The notes under the pieces are model-generated. The model did not search any database and was not told the DNA's origin. It was given only the letters and a program-made list of their open reading frames with translations. DNA of 63,532 nucleotides, filler included, from Octopus bimaculoides (lineage: Eukaryota), in assembly GCF_001194135.2 (NCBI RefSeq). It is 7 parts of 6 records of this genome, joined end to end, with 100 filler letters (N's around TTAATTAATTAA, not from the genome) between each part and the next. Parts side by side here need not be neighbours in the genome. Positions count along the whole stretch, not along the records: positions 1 to 16,150 come from NC_069000.1; positions 16,251 to 32,313 come from NC_068987.1; 5 more parts are not named here. One strand, given 5' to 3'. Position 1 is the first letter of the stretch. Every line of letters starts with the position of its first letter. This document shows positions 12,391 through 24,329 of this stretch, piece by piece. The translations under genes were made by a program, and so were the position numbers.

Positions 12391-12706
12391 AGTATCCTCG
12401 AACCGAAGACTTGGTCCATAGTCTGCAACAGAGTGGAATCGGATAATAATATCCGAAGTCTGAGGTGGTGGTGTCAATCAGGAGACGGGATTGAGTCTTT
12501 CACCCAATTTGGTCATGTGAACTCGGAATGCAAAGAACCGAATCAAATATGGCAAGACATCCGGTCCAGTGTTCTTGCAGTCTTTCCAATCCATAACTTT
12601 AGATTGGAACAAATTTCTTTGCTTTTAGCGACCCCACCGCAGTCGATAAATTAAGTACCAGTGATACACTAGNNNNNNNNNNNNNNNNNNNNNNNATATT
12701 TCAGAC

Positions 12707-12742
<36 letters not shown>

Positions 12743-13245
12743 TCAAACGTTTGTCACTCGCCCGTTGAAATTTGAGGGGTTCCTCTGCGACAGGGACCCC
12801 GAGATAGCCTTGTTCCGTCTTGTGAATAGTTTATCAGTGGCTATGATTACGACTGTAGAAATAGCAAGGTCTTATACGATCATATAGGATACTCTTCCCC
12901 TGAGGTACACTATCTAAATTGAAAGAATTTCATTTGATTTTTGATTATAGTGTCTAGTGGATCGGATCTAACCTGGGGCTCAATAATAACAACAGCGAAG
13001 ATGGCGATGACAACAGTAGCTACAATGACGACTACAGTAACGACAGCAACAACAACAACAACAACAACAACGGCAATGACAGAAGTTAGATTTAAACTTA
13101 GGTATGTCATAAATCCCGCAAGACTCATACAGCCAGAATTTAATCTAATTTCCATAACGTACATCAGACTGAGCCTGTAATGCCCACCCACCACGAATAG
13201 GACGCCGATGTTAATTTCCCAGTTATTGCTAGAATTCATTTGTAG

Positions 13246-13378
13246 CAGCGCGAACTGGAGTAACGTGAAATGAAGCGTTTTGAATGAAGATCACAAAGCA
13301 CCAACCGGCATGGGAATCGAAGTCACGATCTCAGATTTGTAGGTGTAGCACCGTAACCACTAGACCGCACGTCTTCAC
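13246..13378 (-). mobile_element. SINE family C, diverged 5' fragment
   Basis: Minus strand GTGAAGACGTGCGGTCTAGTGGTTACGG...GACTTCGATTCC resembles the heads at 11797 and 35843. Confidence 0.6.
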
Positions 13379-14332
13379 ATTACAAGTTGATTGCTGAGAA
13401 AAACAATTGGTGCTTAGAATATGACAACGAAATGTTGTTTTAGTTGTAGAGGAACAGCAGGTCTTTGTTGTTGAACAGGGAGAAAGTGTTCAAAATATGA
13501 CGACAACATAAGAAACTTTGTTGTGTGTGTGTGTGTGTGTGTGTGTGTGATGATCAAAACAGACGTTATATGATCGCTGAGGATATATATATATAGAGAG
13601 AGAGAGTGAGAGAAAGAGAAAATAGAAAGACAGAAAGAGAGAAAAAGAGTGAGAAATAGAAATGTACAAAGAGGGAGAGAGAGAAAGAGGCTCTGAGAGA
13701 GAGAGAGAGAGAGAGAGAAATAGACTGTGAGAGCAAAAGAGAAAGGTACTGAGAGAGAGAGAGAGGGCGATGGAGTGTGTATATATGTGGATGAGTGTGT
13801 GTAAGTAAATATAAACAAAATATATTGTTGCCTTACCCGGCCATTCACCATATTTTTCATTCTTCTCACTCTCGCACTCTCTTTCTCACTTTCTCACTGA
13901 CTTTGTTTGTGTCTATCTCCCTCACTCACTCGCATTTGTTTAAAAATATATATATGATTTCATATTGTTTATATATGCTTAACAAAATAATGTACCTTTT
14001 AAATTCAATTTACTTAAATTTATACTCATGTATGTATGTATATATTTATATATTTATGCATTCACGTACATATGTGCATGTATGTACCTATNNNNNNNNN
14101 NNNNNNNNNNNNNNNNNNNNNNNNNNNNNNNNNNNNNNNNNNNNNNNNNNNNNNNNNNNNNNNNNNNNNNNNNNNNNNNNNNNNNNNNNNNNNNNNNNNN
14201 NNNNNNNNNNNNNNNNNNNNNNNNNNNNNNNNNNNNNNNNNNNNNNNNNNNNNNNNNNNNNNNNNNNNNNNNNNNNNNNNNNNNNNNNNNNNNNNNNNNN
14301 NNNNNNNNNNNNNNNNNNNNNNNNNNNNNNNN

Positions 14333-14384
<52 letters not shown>

Positions 14385-15098
14385 TTAAAAAAAAATTAAA
14401 CTGAAGTTGGATGCTTGTCTCGTGACTCGAGTTTCACGTCACTCCAATCTTCAGGCGTGTATGCGCCATATATATATATATACATACATATATTGATATA
14501 TATAATACATTCATATATATATATATATGTATATATATGTATGTATAGTTCACTAGCGTACGATCACGCACACGTACATACAGAGATACATATATGTGTG
14601 GATGTGTGCATGTGCATATGTTTACATAGAGCACGTAGACTTAATATGAAAAAAGAAAAGAAAACAATTTTACTGATGGAAACAAGCGATAATTTTGAAA
14701 GAAATCACATACAAAGCACACACGCACACGCACGCGCACACACGCACGTACTAGCACGACAACGAACAAGCAAAAAACAAAATAAAAACAAAATAAAATA
14801 AATAATAAACAAACCCTTCCCCTCATCCAAAAGATTTTAATGGAAGGGAGCATAACAAGGGCGGTGTACTTAGTTATACAGATAATGAGTATTAGTTTTC
14901 TTAGGGACAACAAAAACTTGTGGATGTGTTAAATGCCTTTTAAATACTTTAATGTAGATTGGGTATTGAAAGGAATGTTGAAGATAGGGGGCGCTTCAGT
15001 CAGACTGATAATCCGAGGAAGAGATTTGAAAAAGGGATGAAGTTTTAGTAACATTTTATAAATGAAGAGTGCAAGGAAAAATATATTAACATTAAATC

Positions 15099-15155
<57 letters not shown>

Positions 15156-15521
15156 GTGTCCTGATGCAAAAGCAGGCAGTGGCTCTCATAGCTTCTGATC
15201 TTAATTGATTGGAAGTGTTATCATGTACATTGTTTTGTCTTGGCATAAAAGATGAGCTACAGCAAATATTTTGCTCAATACCACAGATTAGCTTGTCAGT
15301 TGTTTGACCATAACCAGTTGAGCATGTCTCTTGGTGGCTGACGATATGTGCATCTCTGATCACGAGCAGTGGGGGAGCATCATAGCCATGTGTTGAGAGG
15401 AATTCTTTGGGGTTTGGACAACTCACTTCTGGAAACATGAGTGTTTCGTTTTCATCCTTAAGCAAACCTTATTCAGAGACGTTTGAGCAGGATGGGCTAC
15501 ACGACCTGAAGAAAATTCTAA
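15156..15521. mobile_element. Partial copy of the (AAT)n-embedded repeat family D, inverted relative to the 21007 and 22425 copies
   Basis: Reverse complement aligns with 21180-21551; abuts (AAT)n at 15098-15154. Confidence 0.88.
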
Positions 15522-16351
15522 TATTATATTAATTCAAAATTTAAATCTAGAAATGAACCCCCGTATAATAGGGATATACAGATTTTAGAGGATAATATTT
15601 GGAAGGTGGTGAAAAATATTAAATTTCATAAATACCCAAATAGACATAATTGAATTAAATAATTGTGGTTTTTTTCTCTAAATTATATAGTTACATATAT
15701 GTTTGTGTGTGCGCGTGTGAGTGTCCTATATGCATTAGTTTAAGGAAAGGTTTTTCATCCTTTCCACCCTACCAGCTGCATACCATATCCAACCATGTTT
15801 ACCTGGTTTTCATGCTACGGTGATTTAACCCACCTACCTATCCAAATTCTGTAACCCGAAACTAAGCCCCTTCTCCAGTATACCTCCCCTCAAACACACA
15901 CACACACACACCATTAGTGCTGCCCTGCCGTTTGAAAGACAATCCTTCCGCTTTTGTACTGACAAACAGGAATATCAACTGTGTTGATTACAGAAGGGTT
16001 GGATGGGCTGGAAAGGTAGCGAGTACTTTCCACCGTCTGTAAATTAAACATGTATGCAGGTATACATACATACATATATATATATATATTCATATGTAGT
16101 ATGTATGTATAAACATGTACATACATTTCTCTGTGTGTGTGTATATATATNNNNNNNNNNNNNNNNNNNNNNNNNNNNNNNNNNNNNNNNNNNNTTAATT
16201 AATTAANNNNNNNNNNNNNNNNNNNNNNNNNNNNNNNNNNNNNNNNNNNNACTAACGGCAGGTGCCTGATATATATATATATATATACACACATATATGT
16301 GAGTATGTGTGCGTATGTGTGTGTGTATATATATATATGTATATATATTCA

Positions 16352-16600
16352 TACGAGGGGAAATTAAACATTATCCGCACTTTCGCCGTAACATATTTTT
16401 ATTATTGTCACACTGCCTTTTATGCAAGCGTGCTTATAGTTGGTACTATTGTGATCGGAGTTTGAGCCTGATCGTGTCATCTTTCTTTGTGGCTTTACAG
16501 TGTCAGCATGGCTGCTCCAGTAGCAATGTGCACCAAAGAATAACAAAGAGTAGTGATCCGATTTCTCCGGAGAATGGGTATTCGATCAGCAGTGCAAGAT
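16352..16600 (+). mobile_element. Mariner 5' terminus and transposase N-terminal remnant
   Basis: TA-CGAGGG start typical of mariner TIRs; 16508 reads MAAPVAMCTKE*QRVVIRFL, resembling the mariner N-terminal (K)EEQRxVIRFL motif. Confidence 0.7.
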
Positions 16601-16639
16601 ACATATTTGCATATTTTGAGATGACAATCTAATAACTGC

Positions 16640-16677
<38 letters not shown>

Positions 16678-16679
16678 TA

Positions 16680-16830
16680 TGTGCCTGTGTTTCTTCTCCT
16701 GCCATCGCTAGACAAGCGATGCTGGTGTGTCTATGTCCCTGTAAACTAGCGGTTCGGCAAAATCGATCGAAAGAAAAAGTACTTGGCTTACAGAGAATAA
16801 ATCCTGAGGTCGATTTCCACGACTAAAAAT
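16680..16830 (+). mobile_element. SINE family B, 3' half
   Basis: CCATCGCTAGACAAGCGATGCTGGTGTGTCTATGTCCCTGTAAACTAGCGGTTCGGCAAAA matches the reverse complement of 18590-18650. Confidence 0.75.
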
Positions 16831-16849
16831 GCTTAAGGGTATATATTAC

Positions 16850-17050
16850 CTGGATTTACCTGAGATTACACTAAAGGACTTATAGCTTCACGGAAATACA
16901 GACTAACCTCCATACCCTTTGGAATAAGATGACCTGTGAACTTTATTCTCCTGCCTTTATTCTTCTATCTTACTGTTTTATTCTTTATTCTTCTATCTAC
17001 TGTTTTATTGTTTTATGCACTGAATTATCTGTCTGAAACTTTCCTACATA
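16850..17050 (+). mobile_element. Remnant related to the Penelope-like 3' region at 53830-53930
   Basis: Collinear shared blocks TGGATTTAC, GATTACAC.AAGGACTTAT, GACTAAC and CTGTGAACTTTA with the minus strand of 53830-53930. Confidence 0.55.
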
Positions 17051-17988
17051 CTCACTTTGTACGACATTAATTACTTCTAATTCACTTTACTCTAATTAAA
17101 TACTCTAAATGACCTGAGATACTCGTCCTGCCTTGGTTTTGTTGTCCTTTCTCCTCTAATATATACTTGCTAACTCGGAAGCCTACTACATACACACATA
17201 TATGTATGTATGTATGTATGTACGGAACGTTTTCTAAGCTTGGCGTTCCCTGCTTCAGCCGTTTAGCATTCCTTTCAATAAAAAACGAATTACGATGTGG
17301 CAATCTGTCGGATATGAGACAAGAAGTTACTGCTCATGATAAGCCAGCACCAAGCCACCGTATCTACATTGACATTATTAATAATAGCATATAGAATTTA
17401 CAAATAGAAGTCTGTTAACATATATAATGATTCGAGGTAATTTTCAAGGCCAGGTTCGAATGCGATCATTATGATATTACTCTCATATAAAAAAAAAGAA
17501 TAACGTCTTTAACAACTGTATTCTAACAACTTTAATTAGAAATTATTTCAATATATGTACTTTTACTTCTATGCAGTTTTACATATCATGTTCTTTTACA
17601 TAAATGTACTTTTGCACAACCTTTGAAGTTTTAGTGGTAAATATTTGCGGTTTGTATCTTTGATAGAAGTAAACATAAGTTACTTGTGTGGGCACGGGCT
17701 GTCGTTGTTATAAATGGTTGACTACAGTAATTTGTTACATTCCATTATGTTCTGAGGTCGAATTCCGCTGTGGTTGGACGTTAGTTTTTACTTTTTCTGA
17801 ATTTAAAACTTAAACACTGATAATTAGGGTTGATTTTGGTGTCGATTAGGGACCTTGGAAGCAATGGTATTTACCAGGAGACCCGTATGTATATAGAACA
17901 GAAGATACCAAATTACAGAAAGCAAATTTCTATTATAAGTAGTAGATATTTCTGTCTGTCTCTTTCTCTCTCTCCCCCCTCTCTCTCT

Positions 17989-18022
<34 letters not shown>

Positions 18023-18469
18023 TGTGTGTGTGTGACAGTGAGTTTTCTCTAATATGTGTATCAAATAAACAGCTGTCAGCTTTCAATGACCAACGTGGTG
18101 CTTCATGATTCTGTAATAATAAATCGTTATGTATATGGTGAATACATTTGATTGAAAGTTGTTCTCCAATGGCCAAATACAACAGCGATATTTATATTCA
18201 CGTTAGAATATGCCGTTAATGTATTAAGAATAAATATAAATTCATGATACTGTAAATATTTTAATGTACATTACCACGCAACGTGGACGATATCCCTATC
18301 CAAGCCAATGTTTGAGTTTAATTGACTTCACCCCTCTTTTATACACAATTTTTTGCTATTTGTCAATGTTAGACAACAAAGAATGGTATTTAATAATTCT
18401 TGCTTAGCTCCAAGTCAACCGTAATTTCATTAATTTGCAAACGTTCCTATTTTCCATATATACTCTTTT

Positions 18470-18677
18470 ACTCTTTTACTTGTTTCAGTCATTTGACTGC
18501 GGCCATGCTGGAGCACCGCCTTTAGTCGAGCAAGTCGACCCCAGGACTTATTCTTTTCGGAAGCCTAGTACTTATTCTATCGGTATCTTTTGCCGAACCG
18601 CTAAGTTACGGGGACATAAACACACCACCATCGGTTGTCAAGCGATGTTGGAGGGACAAACACAGACACACAAACAT

Positions 18678-18728
<51 letters not shown>

Positions 18729-18894
18729 TACGACGGGCTTCTTTCAGTTTCCGTCTACCAAATCCACTCACAAGGCTTTGGTCGGCCCGAAGCTGTAGTA
18801 GAAGACACCTGCCCAAGGTGCCACGCAGTGGGTATGAACCCGGAACCATGTGGTTGGTAAGCTAGCTACCTACCACACAGCCACTCCTACGCCT
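18470..18894 (-). mobile_element. SINE family B, full-length, internal (CA)n(TA)n
   Basis: Minus strand head AGGCGTAGGAGTGGCTGTGTGGTAGG..GGGTTCATACCC, then CCTTGGGCAGGTGTCTTC; 3' end GCATGGCCGCAGTCAAATGACTGAAACAAG. Confidence 0.92.
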
Positions 18895-20289
18895 ATATAA
18901 GTAATCTTGGACTATAAATATCAAATGTTACGCTGGGACCGGTGTATTGTGCTCAAAGTGACTATTTTGAAGAACATGATGTTAAAACTTTGGTAAACAA
19001 GTTGTGTTTTATTAATCATTACTAGTATGGAACTTTATGATACCACCTCGTATTCTCATGTTCTGAAGATTACGGTATGTTTGATTTCGAGAGACATTTT
19101 ATATGATATTTCTACCAAGCAATACGGCTATATAGGGGATTTTGTTAGTCAGGCGTAGTATTGCAAAATTTCGGCAAACTGTGACTTAGACGTGGTATCA
19201 ATCCCCAGTAACTTTAATGATGTTGGGAAATTTGACTGCTACAACTTACTTATTGACCATTTCCAAAGATACATACAAAGATGTTTAGATTTTTCATCGA
19301 TGCATTTAGAGAACGAAATATAACGTCTTCTATTTGTTTTATTCGTCTTTTGTATTATTAGGATAATGACCTTCCCAAGACACAACAATAAATGTTTTCT
19401 GTTCTCGTCGAATCCTGCTTAGTGGGCTAAAACTTTTTATTATGACTCCGAGATCGATAAAATGCGTTATTAACTGTTCTGGAGTTGTATTAGTTGAGCA
19501 GTTACTTAGAATGCAGGACTGGAGAGGTGGCGTTTCACCACAGGTATGCAGAAGTCTTTTAGGTTTGCACCATCATCGGGCCTTAAAACGCTAGCAGAAT
19601 TAAGGATATTCTACAAGGAATTATAATAGCGCAGTACATTCTCTTGCTTAAGGAAACCTGACAGATTCAATCGACAGTATTTTATTCGTATTTTATTCTC
19701 TGTCTGTCTTTCTGGTCTCTCCCTCTTTCTCCCTCATTCGCCCCCTCTCTCTTATTTCAATCTCACTACATTAAATACAATTATACTGATGACGGTATAA
19801 AACCTAACACCTGCAATGGTGCCGTTGGTTTTTTTTTTTTTTTTTTTTTTTTTTGCTTACGTATATTACGTGATTACTCCGCCTCAGAAAAGATGCTTTT
19901 TCACACACTTAATTGGATTATGAATGTTATAATTTAGAAGACTTAATAATAATTTACAAATTAAAATAGTTTTTAAAATGTCACAGCCTTCACAGACTCA
20001 GAGTGGTGGCGATGGGTTCTGGTTGTGAAATTTGAGTCAGAAAAAGTAACTTTATACAACTGACTAATTAAGTAATTTACATATGAAAATTAAATGCATC
20101 GTTTCAAGTGTTAACACTGAAATTTTGTGTTAATAAGGCCGAGACAATTCAAACGGTATATGTTAATTGCTTCGTAACTCAAGAAGTTTATGGAACACTA
20201 CCGAAGATGTTATCTTCGTGTAAGGAAGTTAGTGCGACAGAGCCCTTTCTTCACGAATTTCTCCATGCATATAGGTGAACGTTGTCCGT

Positions 20290-20580
20290 ATCATAGATAC
20301 ACGTATTGCTAAACATTTCAAGAAATATAGATACACGCTTAGCTAACATTGCCAGAAATAGAGATACATGTATATATAGCGGAGCATTGCAAGAAATATA
20401 CATACAGATATAGCTGAATATTTCAAGAAATATTGATTCATGCATAGTTGAACATTGCCAGAATAATATAAGCACACATAGCTGAACATGTTGAGGAATA
20501 TTGCCAGAAATGTAAATACACTCATAACTAGCATTGCCAGAATATAAATGCATGGCATGGCTGAACATGTCCATCTTGCC
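20290..20580. repeat. Degenerate minisatellite, ~33-bp unit (approx. ATAGCTGAACATTGCCAGAAATATAGATACAC)
   Basis: About 8 recurring CATTGCCAGAAAT / GCTGAACAT motifs. Confidence 0.75.
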
Positions 20581-21006
20581 TGGCACGTATTATCATGTGT
20601 TGCTATTTAGAGCCGCGTGCTGGTAGAATTGTTACCGCACCGGGCGAAATTTCTTTTTGTCCTTACTTTTTTAGTTCAAATTTCAAATTGCACTGAATCC
20701 GACTTTGATTTCATTCTGTAGAGGTCGTTAGAATGTGTATCAGTTGAGCAGTGAGACTTGCTGGAAAATGACGCTTGCCTTAGTGAAGAAGTGAACCTAC
20801 ATTTTATGTCAGTCTCCACAACTAGGCACCAGAAGATTCTCACCCTTTTTGGAAATTTTCTTTGAGCTTTTATGTTTTGTTGTAGCTTTATTTAGTTCTT
20901 TTTTTGGTCTACATGTTTTATGCAATCCCATATTGTATGGTCATGTGCCTTCCTCGATTCTTTTATCAGCTGTTGTGTTTATAAAATAAACGTTATTATT
21001 ATTATT

Positions 21007-21551
21007 GAGTGAGAGAGCAGTGCACGCCATCAAAGTGACACTGGGGTAAAATATACGAAGCCCAGTATACTCATCATGACTGATAAGGGTACACCAGGCA
21101 CATGCATCACAACCATATGTGCGCGACATGGTGATCTCATATCAAGATAAACAGCGCATGACCCTGCAGGTGTGACCCAGTTAGAATTTCTTCAGGTCGA
21201 GTAGCCCATTTAACTCAACGGGTCCCTGATTGAGGGCCGTTTAAGGATGTTGAACGAAACACCCATGTTTCCAGAGATGATTTATCCAAACCTCAAAGAC
21301 TTCTTCTTAACACATGGCTATGATGCTCCCCCTCTACTTCTGGTCGTGATCAGAAATGCACACACATATCGTCAGCCACGAAAGTCAACTGATTAAGGTC
21401 AAACAAGTGACATGCAAATCTGTGGTATTGAGCAGAATATTTGCTGTAGCCCATTTTTTATACCAAGATAAAACAATGTACATGATAACACTTCCAATCA
21501 TTTAAGAACGGAAGCCATTAGAGCCACTACCTGGTACTGCATCAGGGCATT
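21007..21551. mobile_element. Repeat family D, full-length (~545 bp), flanked by ATT repeats on both sides
   Basis: Collinear with 22425-22941 along its length; no ORF; ATT arrays at both ends. Confidence 0.9.
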
Positions 21552-21935
21552 TATTATTATTATTATCCTTCTCCTCCTCCTCCTCCTTCTCCTCCTCCTC
21601 CTCNNNNNNNNNNNNNNNNNNNNNNNNNNNNNNNNNNNNNNNNNNNNNNNNNNNNNNNNNNNNNNNNNNNNNNNNNNNNNNNNNNNNNNNNNNNNNNNNN
21701 NNNNNNNNNNNNNNNNNNNNNNNNNNNNNNNNNNNNNNNNNNNNNNNNNNNNNNNNNNNNNNNNNNNNNNNNNNNNNNNNNNNNNNNNNNNNNNNNNNNN
21801 NNNNNNNNNNNNNNNNNNNNNNNNNNNNNNNNNNNNNNNNNNNNNNNNNNNNNNNNNNNNNNNNNNNNNNNNNNNNNNNNNNNNNNNNNNNNNNNNTCAT
21901 CATCGTCACCATCATTATTATTGTCGTTGTTGTTG

Positions 21936-21999
<64 letters not shown>

Positions 22000-22424
22000 C
22001 ATTATTATTATTCGATCTGACCTAGGATTGGTCTTATTTCGGTAGAATATACGTTGCTAGCGGTTTAATAACTGTAACCATAGATATCCACACTACATGA
22101 GTTCAGTAAGTCATCAAGTGATGAAAAGCTTTTTGATATTTTCCTGTTCCTGAGAAGAAAAACTACTGTAGAAGCTCTACATTCCGACACTCGTTTATTC
22201 ATTTGTCTATTTCATACCGCACAGTCCTTAATGTACCAGTTAGGGACTGTGAGTATGCATGTGTCGATATTTCTAGCAATGGTCACCTATGCCTGTATCT
22301 ATATTAAGGTAATTTCCAGTTATGTGTGTATAGCTTGGTGAAAGAAGTATTCTATTACACTAATGATGTTTTATCTTCCCCAAGTTGGGATTAAAGAAGA
22401 TAGAACATTGTCATTATTATTATT

Positions 22425-22941
22425 GGGTAAGAGAGCAATGCATGCCATCAAAGCTACACCAGGGTAAAATATACCTATCATCACTACCCGTCTGATAAGG
22501 GTACACCTGGCATGTGCGTGCATTTCAACTATATGTGAGCAACATGGTGATCTCATATTAAGATAAACAGTGCGTGATCTTGCAAGTGGGGTCCAGTTAG
22601 AATTTTCTTCAGGTTGAGTAGCCCATCACGCTCAAAAGGTCCCTGAATAAAGCTTGTTTAAGGATGTTGAACGAAACATGTTTCCAGAAGAAAATTATTC
22701 AAGCTCCAAAGAATTCCTCTCAACACATATGTGCATCTCTGATCAGAGATGCACATACCATCAGCCATCAAGAGACTTGCTCAAGTAGTTAAGGCCAAAC
22801 AACTGACTAGTAATTCTATAGTATTGAATAGAATATTTGTTGTAGCCCATCTTTTACACCAAGACAGAGCAATGATAACACTTCCAATCAGTTAAGATCA
22901 AAAACCATGAGAGCCAATGTCTGGTACTGGATCAGGGCATT
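22425..22941. mobile_element. Repeat family D, second direct copy
   Basis: Same ends and orientation as 21007-21551; followed by a long (ATT)n(ACT)n array to ~23101. Confidence 0.9.
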
Positions 22942-22952
22942 TATTATTATTA

Positions 22953-23022
<70 letters not shown>

Positions 23023-23025
23023 CAT

Positions 23026-23077
<52 letters not shown>

Positions 23078-23558
23078 GTTATTATTATTATTATTATTAT
23101 TGTTCAGTGGTTTTATTTTTATAACGTGCTTTCACTTCANNNNNNNNNNNNNNNNNNNNNNNNNNNNNNNNNNNNNNNNNNNNNNNNNNNNNNNNNNNNN
23201 NNNNNNNNNNNNNNNNNNNNNNNNNNNNNNNNNNNNNNNNNNNNNNNNNNNNNNNNNNNNNNNNNNNNNNNNNNNNNNNNNNNNNNNNNNNNNNNNNNNN
23301 NNNNNNNNNNNNNNNNNNNNNNNNNNNNNNNNNNNNNNNNNNNNNNNNNNNNNNNNNNNNNNNNNNNNNNNNNNNNNNNNNNNNNNNNNNNNNNNNNNNN
23401 NNNNNNNNNNNNNNNNNNNNNNNNNNNNNNNNNNNNNNNNNNNNNNNNNNNNNNNNNNNNNNNNNNNNNNNNNNNNNNNNNNNNNNNNNNNNNNNNNNNN
23501 NNNNNNNNNNNNNNNNNNNNNNNNNNNNNNNNNNNNNNNNNNNNNNNNNNNNNNNNNN

Positions 23559-23848
23559 TATTGGCATATCCCAGAGTATGGTTGCTTTCTCGTTTTCTGT
23601 GACCTTTTCTGGCATGTGTTTGTACCATCTTTTTTCTGTTGTTATTCCATAGCGTTGGCATAGCTTCCAGTGTATATAGGTCCCAGCTCTGTCATGTCTG
23701 TGAATATATTCCTTCTTAGCCAGGACTGGGCAGCCAGAGATAATATGATTTATTGTTTCTTGTCCATCTCCACATATTCTACAGTTACTTGTTATATTTC
23801 TTTTCATTATGTGTTTTTGGTAATTTCTGGTGGGGAGGCCTTGGTCTG
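23559..23848 (-). mobile_element. R4/Dong-type (RLE) non-LTR retrotransposon fragment: CCHC knuckle upstream of the RLE
   Basis: DQGLPTRNYQKHIMKRNITSNCRICGDGQETINHIISGCPVLAKKEYIHRHD...ENEKATILWDMPI; the CRxCxxxxETxxHIxxxC, RHD and ILWD motifs are characteristic of R2/R4/NeSL-group elements; flanked by AAT repeats. Confidence 0.9.
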
Positions 23849-24294
23849 TTATTATTATTATTATTATTATTATCAGCGAGCTGGTTGAATCGTTAGCACA
23901 CTGGACGAAATGCTAAGCGGCATTTCGCCTGTCGCAATGTTGAATTGTGTGTGGTTAGTGAAGCAAAACACAGTTTTAAACGGTTGAACATATTATTAAC
24001 AGAATTAATAAGAAATTCATGATATGAATTAAGATGAAAATACGTGTACTACGTGCGACTCCTTATTACACATTATTAGATTTATAACGAGTCACAATAC
24101 TACATGCTCAAATAGGAGACAATTAAGAAAATCTTGTGTTTATAGATAAATAAACGTACATACTTATATATACATATGACTACAGCATCAGAGAATTTTA
24201 GCTCTTATTTTTAGCAACTTAGGTGTTTCTAACACCATAGTTNNNNNNNNNNNNNNNNNNNNNNNNNNNNNNNNNNNNNNNNNNNNNNNTATAG

Positions 24295-24329
<35 letters not shown>

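Noticed and set aside
12752-12795. EGF-like string CHCPLKFEGFLCDR
   Set aside because: Appears only after deleting one base; no acceptor (preceded by a TCTA repeat); likely chance.
16196-16207. TTAATTAATTAA islands inside N gaps (also ~32358, 36250, 51832, 59402, 60763)
   Set aside because: An identical 12-mer with stops in all six frames, always surrounded by Ns: a scaffolding spacer, not biology.
19786-19815. CTGATGA-CGG..CC hammerhead-like start (similar partial hits at ~28577 and ~38092)
   Set aside because: GAAA core or helix I/III pairing is missing.
20290-20580. Repeat-spacer appearance suggesting a CRISPR array
   Set aside because: Degenerate minisatellite without unique spacers, in a eukaryotic context, with no cas genes.
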